From: an uncultured Alphaproteobacteria bacterium
GTDB lineage: Bacteria > Pseudomonadota > Alphaproteobacteria > RF32 > CAG-239
DNA length: 64,000 nt
Reading direction: 5' to 3'
Assembly: GCA_949297665.1 (NCBI GenBank)
Contig: CASFTO010000090.1
Span: 33,378-97,377 of the forward strand
Shown: one piece after another, positions 1 through 10,525 of the stretch
Numbering within the stretch: position 1 is the stretch's first letter
Layout: every line of letters begins with the position of its first letter
Translations under genes and position numbers: made by a program
Notes under the pieces: generated by a model
Told to the model about the DNA's origin: nothing
The model's input: the letters and a program-made list of their open reading frames with translations, nothing else
Database searches by the model: none

Positions 1-981
1 GGCTTTCTCAAGTATTTGAGAAAAGCTTTCTACATTTTTTCGTTCGCTTGGTGCAAAACCGCATCCCGGCCATGGATTAAACGGTATTAAATTAAATAAT
101 GCTCTTATTTTGTATTTTTTTAGCAAGGTGATTAATTCTTGCGCATGCTCCGGTTTATCGTTTATATCTTTTAATAGCAAATACTCGAACGTTATATATC
201 GGCTATGATCCCCTTTCTGATATTCCGCGCAGGCTTTCATAACTTCCTCAATGCGAAATTTATCATTTATTGGCATTATTTGTGAGCGAATTTGATTATT
301 TGGAGCATGAAGAGATATCGCTAAACGAACTCCAGTTTTTTGCATGGCTTCTACAATTTTGGGCGCAATCCCTGATGTTGACATGGTGACGCGTCGTCTT
401 GAAATTCCTATTCCTTCACAATCTGTAATTATATTTAATGCTTTTGCAACATTATCTAAATTATTTAGGGGCTCGCCCATGCCCATAACTACAATATTCG
501 ACAGATAGCGCGTTTCATCTGTCGGACTCGGCCATTCTCCATAGGCATCCCTTGCTACCATAAATTGACCGACAATCTCACCTACTGTTAAATTTCTTGT
601 AAACTTCTGACTTCCGGTATGACAGAATCTACACCCCATCGCGCATCCAACTTGTGTTGATATACAAACAGCTCCCCTATCCTTCTCCGGTATATAAACC
701 ATTTCAACGCGTTCTTTATCTTTGAATTCCAATAACCATTTATGTGTCTTGTCAACAGATATTTGTTCTGCAACAATCGTGGGACGTGTTATTGTATATT
801 TTTCTTGCAACTTATTGCGTAAATTTAATGATAAATTGCTCATTTCATTGAAATCTGTTACGCCTCGAAAATATATCCATTGCCATAATTGTTTGGCGCG
901 AAACTTTTGTTCGCCTAATTTTTCTATTTCTTCGTATAACTCTTCTTTGCTTAAGTTTGTTAATTCTGTTTTATCTGTCAT
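1..981 (-). CDS. rlmN: 23S rRNA (adenine2503-C2)-methyltransferase RlmN, radical SAM; C-terminus cut by the window edge
   Basis: Minus-strand translation from the ATG at 979-981 gives MTDKTELTNLSKEELYEEIEKLGEQKFRAKQLWQWIYFRGV... It contains the radical-SAM cysteine motif region GAVCISTQVGCAMGCRFCHTGSQKF (around 600-680). The frame stays open to position 1. Confidence 0.8.
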   Translation of the reverse strand, partial: MTDKTELTNLSKEELYEEIEKLGEQKFRAKQLWQWIYFRGVTDFNEMSNLSLNLRNKLQEKYTITRPTIVAEQISVDKTHKWLLEFKDKERVEMVYIPEKDRGAVCISTQVGCAMGCRFCHTGSQKFTRNLTVGEIVGQFMVARDAYGEWPSPTDETRYLSNIVVMGMGEPLNNLDNVAKALNIITDCEGIGISRRRVTMSTSGIAPKIVEAMQKTGVRLAISLHAPNNQIRSQIMPINDKFRIEEVMKACAEYQKGDHSRYITFEYLLLKDINDKPEHAQELITLLKKYKIRALFNLIPFNPWPGCGFAPSERKNVESFSQILEKA

Positions 982-1485
982 TTATTTACACTTTGCGCTA
1001 ATTGCTTTGTATGCATTACTAAATCCCGCCAGGGAATATGTATCTTTGGTCTTTGTTCCTCTTGAAGAGGTGCCCTCTACTATCATTCTTTGCCCTCTTT
1101 TCATGGCTTCTACCAATTTTTTATCGGTCGATGTATCCGGAGCCCATGCGTTATCTCCGTTGGTAAATAAATTATTGAAAGCTGTCGTCCCTATTTTTAC
1201 AACAACATTTGATCCTTTTTTATAATCATATCCGGCCACAAAATTAACAACATTATAACTTTTATCTGCCGGTCTATGCGTTACTACGGCATAAATATCG
1301 CCTCTTTTTTTGTAATTCCCTTCATCCTTTTTGGGTGTCGATGCCATGTAACATACCAGATTCTTTCCTTCTTTATAGGAATATGCAGTCCAATCTCCAT
1401 ATTCTCCTAATTCTGTTGGAACATTGCTTGCTTGCGCTGTCGCTGACAATATTATTGATATAAATAAAATTACATACTTTTTCAT
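982..1485 (-). CDS. Secreted/periplasmic protein, possibly invasion-associated locus B (IalB) family
   Basis: N-terminal signal peptide MKKYVILFISIILSATAQA. Size about 17 kDa with two conserved Cys and a GDW..C pattern reminiscent of alphaproteobacterial IalB-like proteins. The family call is from memory and not verified. Confidence 0.55.
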   Translation of the reverse strand: MKKYVILFISIILSATAQASNVPTELGEYGDWTAYSYKEGKNLVCYMASTPKKDEGNYKKRGDIYAVVTHRPADKSYNVVNFVAGYDYKKGSNVVVKIGTTAFNNLFTNGDNAWAPDTSTDKKLVEAMKRGQRMIVEGTSSRGTKTKDTYSLAGFSNAYKAISAKCK

Positions 1486-1586
1486 GATATTATTTCCTAA
1501 AAAATCAACTTTGTTATACTATAATTAAGATATTTATAATAAACAATTAACAAGTTTCACAAAATGATAAATCTAAAGGTTATACG

Positions 1587-2780
1587 ATGTTTCATCCTGA
1601 ATATATCAATCCTGCAAAATTAATTACTAATGCAGATATCTTAAAATTATTTGAACTTGTTGAAAAACATGGTGGAGTGCTTCGTTTTGTCGGTGGTGCG
1701 GTCAGAGATGCTATTGCCGGAATTGAGCGGTCTGACGTCGATTTGGTTACGGATATGTCGCCTGCTGAATTTTCTGATATGTGCATTGATGAAGGCATAA
1801 AATGCGTACCCATCGGAATCCAATTCTTTACAACAGGGGTTATTGTTAATAATAGTTTCTTTAAAGTTACTTCTCTATCTTCTGAAGATGAAAATAGTAA
1901 AGATGAATGGAAAAACGATGCCGCTCAGCGCGATTTGACCATAAACGCAGTTTATGCCGATGATAAAGGTAATGTTTTTGATTACTATAATGGTATAAAA
2001 GATCTTGAACAAGGAAATATAAAATTTATAGGTTCGCCTCAGAAAACTATTGAAAATGATTATATCCGTATAATGAGATTCTTTAGATTTTGTGCTATGT
2101 TTGGAAAACATGTCGATCCTAAATCGTTAGAGGCTTGCATTAGAAATAAAGAGTTTTTACATAAAGTTTCCTTAGAAAAAATTAAGGAAGAATTGTTTAA
2201 AATTATTATGGCACCTAATGCCGTCGCGGCTTTAAAACTCATTTTTGATAATAATATTCTAAATTTTTTAATTGCTCCCCCCAAGAATCTTGATAATCTT
2301 AGTTTATTAGATTCTTTAATTGGCAAGCTGGGTATTTCCAAAAGTATAATTAGAAGAATTTATGTTATGTTTCAGCCTGATGTTAAAAGAGCTAATAGAT
2401 TAGCAGATATTTTTCGTTTAACTAAAGAACAAAAAGAACATTTAATTGAATTATGTAAGGCACGTATAACGTCGCAATCATTTAAAGACACCGTTTCCAT
2501 TCGTCAGGCGTTATTTAAGTATGGAAAGGAAATTTGTATTGATAAGTGGTTGTGCTTAAATTTAGATAATACTAATTCCGATTTTGTAAAATCTATTTTA
2601 AATACACTGTACAAAACAAATACACCATCTTTTCCGCTATCCGGAAAAGATCTTATTGATTTAGGCGCAGACACAAAACTTATTGGACTATATCTAGACG
2701 GATTAAAAAAAGATTGGTTCGAAGGAGGATGTTTTTCAAGTAAAGAGGACTTAATTGAAAAATATAAAGCAATATTTTAA
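1587..2780 (+). CDS. cca: CCA tRNA nucleotidyltransferase / poly(A) polymerase family
   Basis: N-terminal nucleotidyltransferase motifs GGAVRD and RDLTINA; a 397 aa head-plus-body architecture. Confidence 0.85.
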   Translation: MFHPEYINPAKLITNADILKLFELVEKHGGVLRFVGGAVRDAIAGIERSDVDLVTDMSPAEFSDMCIDEGIKCVPIGIQFFTTGVIVNNSFFKVTSLSSEDENSKDEWKNDAAQRDLTINAVYADDKGNVFDYYNGIKDLEQGNIKFIGSPQKTIENDYIRIMRFFRFCAMFGKHVDPKSLEACIRNKEFLHKVSLEKIKEELFKIIMAPNAVAALKLIFDNNILNFLIAPPKNLDNLSLLDSLIGKLGISKSIIRRIYVMFQPDVKRANRLADIFRLTKEQKEHLIELCKARITSQSFKDTVSIRQALFKYGKEICIDKWLCLNLDNTNSDFVKSILNTLYKTNTPSFPLSGKDLIDLGADTKLIGLYLDGLKKDWFEGGCFSSKEDLIEKYKAIF

Positions 2781-3054
2781 ATACATTGTTTTTATATAAC
2801 AAACCAATCAACAAAACAACGTTAAAACAATATTTTAACAAATCGTTCGTTTTTTAGCCATATAATGGGGAATTTTGTTTTTTTCAATATAACATTCGCA
2901 AAAACATTCTTTTCTTATCAGCGTTAAAAAAATCAGCTTTATTATGCTTTATAAAAAAAACGGCTTAAGTTTTATACATATAGCCATTTTTAATTTTATA
3001 ATATTATTTATACTTCATTAAAAGTATCTCAAAAACTGCTCTGTTATTGAGATT

Positions 3055-3945
3055 TTAATTAGTCTTATTTCTCTCAAAAATTTCTAATATTTGATTCAGC
3101 TCGGCAGGATTTTTATATTCAATAGTAATTTTTCCTCTATCATTTTCTCCTGCATTGATTTTTACTTTCATACCAATATTTTTAGATAAATCTTTCTCCA
3201 ATTCTTTTAGACTTGGATCTTTTTTTATACTTTTACTTATTTGAGTCAGAGCATTATTTTTTATTTTATTTACCAGATCTTCTGTTTGGCGAACCGTTAA
3301 ACCTTTATCTATAATTTTTTGAGCTATTTCTTCAGCATTATCTAGTCCTATTAAAGCTCTTGCATGTCCGGCGCTTAAGCTATTATTTTTTATCATTTCT
3401 TGAATTGATGTTGGCAAACTCAATAATCTTAATGTATTTGTTATATAGCTTCGTGATTTACCTATAATTTGCGATAACGCTTCATGTGTATGTGAAAATT
3501 CATTAATTAAACGATTAAAACCTTCCGCCTCTTCTATTGCAGTCAAATTTTCGCGTAATAAATTTTCAATTAATGCAACTTCGAGAACTTCTTGATTGTC
3601 TAATTCTTTCTCAATAACAGGAACCTCATTTAATCCAGCTAATTTTGAAGCTCTCCAGCGACGCTCTCCAGCGATTATTTCATATTTATCACCATTTTTT
3701 CTAACTAGTAAAGGTTGCAATACGCCTTTTTCTTTAATCGAATTAACGAGAGCATCTAACGCGTCTTGATTGAATTCTTTGCGAGGTTGATATTTACTCG
3801 GTTCCAAGTTATCAACTCGTATTGTTTTTATTCCTGCTTCAGATACGTCTCCAGCATTTATGCTGTCCAGATTAAAACTTAAATCATCTTCACCTAAAAG
3901 AGCTTCTAACCCTCTTCCTAATCCGTGTTTCTTGTTTATAGACAT
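3055..3945 (-). CDS. parB: Chromosome partitioning protein ParB
   Basis: ParB box (GERRWRA) and HTH region; located immediately downstream of parA. Confidence 0.9.
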   Translation of the reverse strand: MSINKKHGLGRGLEALLGEDDLSFNLDSINAGDVSEAGIKTIRVDNLEPSKYQPRKEFNQDALDALVNSIKEKGVLQPLLVRKNGDKYEIIAGERRWRASKLAGLNEVPVIEKELDNQEVLEVALIENLLRENLTAIEEAEGFNRLINEFSHTHEALSQIIGKSRSYITNTLRLLSLPTSIQEMIKNNSLSAGHARALIGLDNAEEIAQKIIDKGLTVRQTEDLVNKIKNNALTQISKSIKKDPSLKELEKDLSKNIGMKVKINAGENDRGKITIEYKNPAELNQILEIFERNKTN

Positions 3946-3947
3946 AT

Positions 3948-4718
3948 CTATATCTCCTTTTCTCTCTTTAAAACTTCTTTTGCTAAATTTAAATAAGCCT
4001 TTGCTCCGTTACTTTTAAAGTCATAAATCAATACAGGTTGACCATGGGACGGGGCTTCAGAAATTCGGACACTTCTTGGTATAACAGTTTTATACACTTT
4101 GCTTCCAAAATATTTGCGGACATCGGTTTCAACCATTTGACTGAGATTGTTTCTTTTATCAAACATTGTTAAAACTATGCCTTGCAAATCAAGTTTGGAA
4201 TTAAAATTCTTTTTGATTATATTAATATTCTTTATTAAATCGGTTAATCCTTCAAGTGCCAGAAATTCACTTTGTAGCGGAACAATAACGGAATCGGATG
4301 ATACTAATGCATTTATTGTTATTAGATTCAAAGACGGAGGACAATCTATCAAAATATAATCATATTTTCCGCTTAACATATTTAATGCATTCTTTAATAC
4401 ATACTCTCTTTTATTCACATCTATCAACTCAATTTCTGCAGCCGCCAATGCCGGTGCAGAAGGCAATATATCAAATTTTTTGATATCTGTTTTCACAATT
4501 GCATCTTCTGCGTTGCAGTTATTTATCATCAAATCATATGTCGAAAATAAACATTTATTTTTATTGATACCTAATGATGTTGTCGCGTTTCCTTGCGGAT
4601 CCATATCTAAAATAAGTACACGCTTTCCTATCGCAGCCATGGCTGTCGCAATATTCACAGCTGTTGTCGTCTTGCCAACTCCACCCTTACGATTGGCTAT
4701 AGATATAATTTTTACCAT
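3948..4718 (-). CDS. parA: Chromosome partitioning ATPase ParA
   Basis: Deviant Walker A KGGVGKTT; ParA/Soj family; placed between rsmG and parB. Confidence 0.9.
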   Translation of the reverse strand: MVKIISIANRKGGVGKTTTAVNIATAMAAIGKRVLILDMDPQGNATTSLGINKNKCLFSTYDLMINNCNAEDAIVKTDIKKFDILPSAPALAAAEIELIDVNKREYVLKNALNMLSGKYDYILIDCPPSLNLITINALVSSDSVIVPLQSEFLALEGLTDLIKNINIIKKNFNSKLDLQGIVLTMFDKRNNLSQMVETDVRKYFGSKVYKTVIPRSVRISEAPSHGQPVLIYDFKSNGAKAYLNLAKEVLKREKEI

Positions 4719-5335
4719 TACAATTTTCTCCTTAAATCGCTTATGCGTAAAATTTTTCCAACATCGCTAGTATCACTGTTATAAACTTCATATTTATATG
4801 ACCAACTTTTTTGAGCTTCCATATTTTCTAACGACCAATTTTCACCTTTAGGTAAAATTAATTTTGTTTCTTTTTTACAAAAAGGTTTTGCATATTCTAG
4901 AAGTTTTGGTAAAGAAGCCAATGCTCTTGACGTAATAATATCAACTTTCTCAATATTTAAATTTTCTATTCTTATTTGATGTATATCCATCTTTAGACTT
5001 AATTCTTCATTTACTGTTTGTAAGAAAGTTACTTTTTTACCAATACTTTCAACTAAATTTATTTTTAATTCAGGATATAACTCTTGGCAAGCTACAGCTA
5101 AAACAACACCGGGAAATCCTGCTCCGGATCCTAAATCTAATAATATTTTATCTTTTGCTGATATGTGTTTTATTAACTGAAGAGAATCGACTATATGTCT
5201 TTCCCAAACAGTAGCTTCCGTCGATTTACTTATTAAATTAAACTTGCTATTCCACTCCAAAACCAGAGCCTCATAGCTTTTTAATTTTTTATATGTTTCA
5301 TGTGAAACATTGTATGTTTTAACTATATCAATCAT
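4718..5335 (-). CDS. rsmG: 16S rRNA (guanine527-N7)-methyltransferase RsmG (GidB)
   Basis: SAM-binding motif LDLGSGAGFPG; located between mnmG and parA. Confidence 0.9.
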   Translation of the reverse strand: MIDIVKTYNVSHETYKKLKSYEALVLEWNSKFNLISKSTEATVWERHIVDSLQLIKHISAKDKILLDLGSGAGFPGVVLAVACQELYPELKINLVESIGKKVTFLQTVNEELSLKMDIHQIRIENLNIEKVDIITSRALASLPKLLEYAKPFCKKETKLILPKGENWSLENMEAQKSWSYKYEVYNSDTSDVGKILRISDLRRKL

Positions 5336-5692
5336 GCTGATTATACTATTTTACGATTTTAGCTTTGTGTATTAAAAAATTGACTTATAAACATATAATG
5401 TTTATTCTGTGTTTTCGGGCTCTAATTTTTATCAATATTTTTTAGTTCTTTCAAATAAATTATTTATAAAAAAATAACATTAAATAAAACTCTCTTGCTT
5501 TGCGAAATATTTTTCTCCTTGTGTGCCTAATTTAATTTTCACAAACATTTTTCTTCGCAGCATTTTTCTAATTTATTTTTTTGTGTCAGATTTGTTTCTT
5601 TATGTTCCTATACTTTAAATACATTGTTTTTTTTATTTAAAATCATAATCTCACACAACTTACATAGTCGCATTATTTTTACTCACTTAACC

Positions 5693-7540
5693 TTAATTGT
5701 TTTTCATATATCCCAAAATCGCCATAATTGCTGCGGGAGTTACACCTGATATTCGAGACGCCTCCCCAATCGTTTCCGGTCGAACCTTATCAAGTTTACT
5801 AACCATCTCCCGTGATAAACCTCCGATTTTGGTATAATCTATATCCTTCTTTATTTTTATTCCTTCATCTTTTTTGAATAATTCAATATCACTATTTTGC
5901 CGTTTCATATACCCTGCATATTTTGCTTCTATACATATTTGCTCATAAACATCTTTTGAAACTGTCTTGAATTCTGGAAACAATGCATTAATTGTTTCAC
6001 GTGAATCATCGTCGCAACCTAATAAATTAAAAATTGTTTTCTTTCCACCTTCTTTTTTTATTGGTAGCTTAAAATTGTCAATATCTTTTGATTGTATATA
6101 ATGCTCTTTGGCATATTTCATAAATTTCTCTAATTCCTCTCTCTTCCTTTTAAATACACTGTATCTACTCTCATTCACACAGCCAATATTATATCCTTTT
6201 TCAGTTAATCGTAAGTCAGCATTATCAGCTCTTAAGTATAAACGATATTCAGAACGAGATGTAAACATACGATAAGGTTCATCGACACCTTTCGTTATTA
6301 AATCATCAATCATTACTCCGATATATCCTTCACTTCTATCTATAACAAACTCTTTACCTTTATCTAAAGCATTTAAAGCGGCATTTATTCCGGCAACAAT
6401 TCCTTGAGCTCCAGCTTCTTCATATCCAGTTGTTCCATTTATTTGTCCAGCTAAATACAAACCGTCAACTTTCTTAACTTTAAGACAGTGATTCAACTCA
6501 AGTGGATCAACATAATCATACTCTATAGCATATGCATATCTGGTGATTTTTACATTCTCCAATCCTTTTATAGTATGAATAAATTCTTCTTGAACATCCG
6601 CCGGCAAAGATGTTGAAATACCATTTGGGTAAACAATATTTGTATTATACCCTTCAGGCTCTAAAAATATTTGATGGCTTGTCCTATCTGCAAATTTTAC
6701 AAGTTTATCTTCTATGCTTGGGCAATATCTTGGTCCAATCCCCGTTATTAAACCGGAAAACAACGCACATTTTGAAAAATTATCACGTATAATTTTATGT
6801 GTTTTTTCATTCGTCGCTGTTATGTAACATTTAATCTGAGGCTGATCTAAATGCTCCGTTAAAAAAGAAAAAGGCGTTGGACTTTTGTCCCCCTTTTGTG
6901 TATCCAATATATTCCAATTAATCGTGTCACCATCTAATCTGGCAGGTGTACCCGTTTTTAGACGTCCAACCTTTAACCCTGCCGATTTTAAATACGCTGT
7001 TACGCCTTTACAACTTACATCATTTATACGCCCTCCTATTGATGTTTGATGTCCTGTAAACATTATTCCATTAAGAAAAGTTCCAGTTGTTAGTACAACG
7101 GATTTTGCATAAAAACATTTTTCATTATCAAGTTTTATTCCTTTAATTACTCCGTTATCTAGAATTAAATGCTCTACGTTTCCTTCAATTATATCTAGGT
7201 TTTCTTGTTTACCTAAAGTCTCTTGCATAAATTTTTTATATAGATCTCTATCTGCTTGAGCCCTTGGACCTCGTACTGCTGGTCCTTTTGATGAATTTAA
7301 TAAGCGGAATTGTATACCTGCTTTATCAATTACACGCCCCATTACTCCATCTAACGCATCTATTTCACGAACTAAATGTCCTTTACCTAATCCTCCAATA
7401 GCAGGATTACATGACATTTCTCCTATGGTTGATATCTTATGTGTTATTAATGCTGTTTTTGCACCCATTCTTGCTGCTACAGCACACGCTTCGCATCCGG
7501 CATGTCCGCCACCTACTATCAATACATCGTATTCGTTCAT
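5693..7540 (-). CDS. mnmG: tRNA uridine 5-carboxymethylaminomethyl modification enzyme MnmG (GidA)
   Basis: 615 aa with FAD-binding N-terminus [13 protein letters not shown]; typical GidA length and motifs. Confidence 0.95.
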   Translation of the reverse strand: MNEYDVLIVGGGHAGCEACAVAARMGAKTALITHKISTIGEMSCNPAIGGLGKGHLVREIDALDGVMGRVIDKAGIQFRLLNSSKGPAVRGPRAQADRDLYKKFMQETLGKQENLDIIEGNVEHLILDNGVIKGIKLDNEKCFYAKSVVLTTGTFLNGIMFTGHQTSIGGRINDVSCKGVTAYLKSAGLKVGRLKTGTPARLDGDTINWNILDTQKGDKSPTPFSFLTEHLDQPQIKCYITATNEKTHKIIRDNFSKCALFSGLITGIGPRYCPSIEDKLVKFADRTSHQIFLEPEGYNTNIVYPNGISTSLPADVQEEFIHTIKGLENVKITRYAYAIEYDYVDPLELNHCLKVKKVDGLYLAGQINGTTGYEEAGAQGIVAGINAALNALDKGKEFVIDRSEGYIGVMIDDLITKGVDEPYRMFTSRSEYRLYLRADNADLRLTEKGYNIGCVNESRYSVFKRKREELEKFMKYAKEHYIQSKDIDNFKLPIKKEGGKKTIFNLLGCDDDSRETINALFPEFKTVSKDVYEQICIEAKYAGYMKRQNSDIELFKKDEGIKIKKDIDYTKIGGLSREMVSKLDKVRPETIGEASRISGVTPAAIMAILGYMKNN

Positions 7541-7704
7541 TTTTAATCCTTATTATCTTAAAATTTGTGGAAATTCTAATGCAATTGTCTTTTTTTTCAA
7601 GTGTTATATTTATTAATATTTTATTGCTCCTTTTTATATAAATTATTGACAAATAAAACTTTTGATTTATTTTACTTTATAAATCAACTTTTAATAGGTG
7701 TATT

Positions 7705-9051
7705 ATGAATATAACTCAAGAATCAATAACTATAAAAAAATATTCTCTTGTTAAAGGCATACTTACTAATTCTTGTAATAAAAAATTTTTTAATCAAATA
7801 GATGCTCTTATTTTAAAAAAATATTTTGACAATGCTTACGAGTATTCCCTAACAGAAAATATAGAAAGAATTAATGCTCATAATTTATCGTTTAACGATA
7901 TCAATAAAATTATAGATAATTTTATGTGTTGCGTTGAAAATCTATCTATTTTTCACAATCGTAGTTTATTTGAAATGGTAAAACTTTCTTTTTTGCCTTC
8001 GAAAAAATTAAATAGAGTTATTTCAATTGATACTTACGCTAAATTGGCAGCATATTTACATTATGTTTCACATGAAACAAATAAATTAAGTTTTGATTTT
8101 TTAATCCTAAGAATAACCGATAATTTATTATTAAAAATAAAAAATATTAATAATACAGATTTATCATCTACTTATAATAAATTAAAATCTGCTATCTTGG
8201 ATAAAATGATTATCTACGCTTATACCCCAGAAAAAAGAGGAAATGAAGCAACTATTTTATGTTGGATTGATAGATTATTATATGCTGTTATTGAAAAAGA
8301 AATAGATCTAGATTCTTTTATCATTTTATCTAAAAAAATTTTAGAAATAACGTCTAAATCAATTTATATTTATTGGAAGTTAATAAATGCTATCGACTAC
8401 CTATTATCTCAAAAGGATTATCATTCTTTCTCCAGTCTTAGAAAATATAAATCAGATTTGCAAAAATATATTGATGAAAAATATTTATATCTCAATTTAT
8501 CAACGGATGAATTGCAAAATATCTTCGTTAGTCTTCTAGCTAAACAAAATATTGTAAAAGAAGATTATTATTCTTTTTTTGAAGTATTAGCATCTTTTGC
8601 AAAAAAATCAGCTAGTAATAAATTATTTTGCCTTAAGTTATGTGACTATTTATTATATTTTAACCAGAAAAAACAAATCTTTGGTTATCGCTTTATTCGT
8701 AAATATTTTGTAGATGTATTACTTTCGTTATTTCATAAAAATGATTTGATAAATGTAAAAAATAAAGAACTGCAAATGCTAATTGAATTGTGGTTTAATG
8801 ATGCTTTTTTTTGTTTTGAAAGAAAAAGGTTGCTTTTTAGTATTGTTAATATTCTTAAATCTATTAATACTAATGATGCTAAATTAAGTCATAATAATTT
8901 TTATAAATATTGTGATATTTTAGATTATATTTTAGCAACCAGCCATGATAATGACTTTGCTGATATTATTGATTTTTTAGCTTTCAATAATGAAAATAAA
9001 AGCAAAATTGCAAAATACTTTAAGCTCACCAATTTGCGCAAAAATATTTAA
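7705..9051 (+). CDS. Hypothetical protein, very AT-rich, Asn/Lys/Ile/Leu-rich, no recognised domain
   Basis: 448 aa intact ORF, diverging from mnmG across a 164 bp AT-rich spacer. Composition is much more AT-rich than the neighbours. Its stop codon is embedded in a copy of the TTTAAATACA motif. Confidence 0.55.
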   Translation: MNITQESITIKKYSLVKGILTNSCNKKFFNQIDALILKKYFDNAYEYSLTENIERINAHNLSFNDINKIIDNFMCCVENLSIFHNRSLFEMVKLSFLPSKKLNRVISIDTYAKLAAYLHYVSHETNKLSFDFLILRITDNLLLKIKNINNTDLSSTYNKLKSAILDKMIIYAYTPEKRGNEATILCWIDRLLYAVIEKEIDLDSFIILSKKILEITSKSIYIYWKLINAIDYLLSQKDYHSFSSLRKYKSDLQKYIDEKYLYLNLSTDELQNIFVSLLAKQNIVKEDYYSFFEVLASFAKKSASNKLFCLKLCDYLLYFNQKKQIFGYRFIRKYFVDVLLSLFHKNDLINVKNKELQMLIELWFNDAFFCFERKRLLFSIVNILKSINTNDAKLSHNNFYKYCDILDYILATSHDNDFADIIDFLAFNNENKSKIAKYFKLTNLRKNI

Positions 9052-9059
9052 ATACACCG

Positions 9060-10448
9060 TTATTTTCCTATACAAAAACTTCCAAAAATATTGTTTAGTA
9101 TTTCACTAACTTCAACACATCCTGTTATTTTTCCAATAGCTCTGCAGGCAAGTCTGATATCCTCCGTAGCAAGTTCTATTTCTTTATCTAAATTAAAAAT
9201 CTCAAGATTTTCTAGACACTCTTCAAGAGCCTCCCTATATCTCATTCTGGTTATTAAACAATTTGAAGATAAAGAAAAATTATCTTTTATAGTTTCTATA
9301 ATGGCAGTTGTCAGAATATCAATTCCTTGATTGTATTTTGCAGATATTTTTATATGGTTCTTTTTTTCTATATTATTCTTAAGTGATACTTTATCGATTT
9401 TATTTGCTACATAAAATACCTTTCCGTGAAAATCTTTTAGAGCTTTAAATTCACTGTTTTTATTCGTAGAAGCATCATATAATGCGATTACGATATCGGC
9501 TTCGGATATTTTTTCTTTAGCAATTTCTATTCCTTGTTTTTCTATAGGATTCTCAGTTTCTCTTATCCCGGCTGTATCAGTTATTATTACAGGATACCCC
9601 CCCATATCTAAATTTATATCTATTGCATCACGCGTTGTACCGGCTATATCCGATACAATAACAGCGTTTCTTTTAACCAATGCATTTATTAAACTTGACT
9701 TTCCCGCATTCGTTTCTCCGGCAATTACTATGCGAAAACCATTTCTTAAACGCTCATTAACATTGTTTTTTTGTAAATGTTTTGCTATTTCTTTTTTCAC
9801 TTTAAATACAGTGTTTAAAATATCTTCACTCAAATTTTCAGGTATATCTTCTTCCGGGAAATCAATAAATGCTTCAAGATATGTTAAAACTTTTACCAAA
9901 TCTTCACGCCATGATGTATATAAATATCTTAAGTTTCCTTCCATTTGTTGCAATGCATATTTTTGCTGCATAGATGTTTCTGCATCAATTAAATCAGCAA
10001 GACCTTCTGCCTCCGTTAAGTCCATTTTTTGATTATAAAACGAACGTTTTGAAAATTCTCCAGGCTCAGCTAATCGAACATTATCAAATTCACTTAGCGC
10101 ATCCAAAATGCTTGATAGTACAGCTTTTGAACCGTGACATTGTATTTCGGCAATATCTTCGCCTGTAAAAGAATAGGGGGCCTTAAAGTATATAACCAAT
10201 GCTTTATCCAAAAGTTCTTGTGTATTCTTTTTCTTTATGTCGGTAAAGTAAGCATGGCGTTGCTTAATCGTTGCAATATTTATATTTGTCATTTGCGATA
10301 TTACATTCAGAACCTCTTCACCTGAAATTCTTATTACGGCAACACCTGACTTTCCATAAACAGTCGATAAAGCATATATTGTTGATGAAGACATTTTTAC
10401 TCCTTTTCTTTTTTTTCTTATAAGTAGCTTTTTTTGTATATTACGCAA
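9060..10448 (-). CDS. mnmE: tRNA modification GTPase MnmE (TrmE)
   Basis: G-domain motifs GETNAGKSSL and DTAG; C-terminal CIGK tetrapeptide at the very end. Confidence 0.9.
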   Translation of the reverse strand: MRNIQKKLLIRKKRKGVKMSSSTIYALSTVYGKSGVAVIRISGEEVLNVISQMTNINIATIKQRHAYFTDIKKKNTQELLDKALVIYFKAPYSFTGEDIAEIQCHGSKAVLSSILDALSEFDNVRLAEPGEFSKRSFYNQKMDLTEAEGLADLIDAETSMQQKYALQQMEGNLRYLYTSWREDLVKVLTYLEAFIDFPEEDIPENLSEDILNTVFKVKKEIAKHLQKNNVNERLRNGFRIVIAGETNAGKSSLINALVKRNAVIVSDIAGTTRDAIDINLDMGGYPVIITDTAGIRETENPIEKQGIEIAKEKISEADIVIALYDASTNKNSEFKALKDFHGKVFYVANKIDKVSLKNNIEKKNHIKISAKYNQGIDILTTAIIETIKDNFSLSSNCLITRMRYREALEECLENLEIFNLDKEIELATEDIRLACRAIGKITGCVEVSEILNNIFGSFCIGK

Positions 10449-10525
10449 TAAAAATTTATTTCTCTATATAAAATTATTCAAATTTTAATGTTTCTGATTT
10501 TATTTTGTTTCTGAAAGGAGATCAG

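Noticed and set aside
722-1225. 167 aa plus-strand ORF
   Set aside because: It lies entirely antisense to rlmN and the IalB-like gene, has low-complexity composition and no RBS. It is a shadow ORF.
4147-4770. Three short plus-strand ORFs (70, 61, 96 aa)
   Set aside because: They are antisense to parA and are shadow ORFs in an AT-rich frame.
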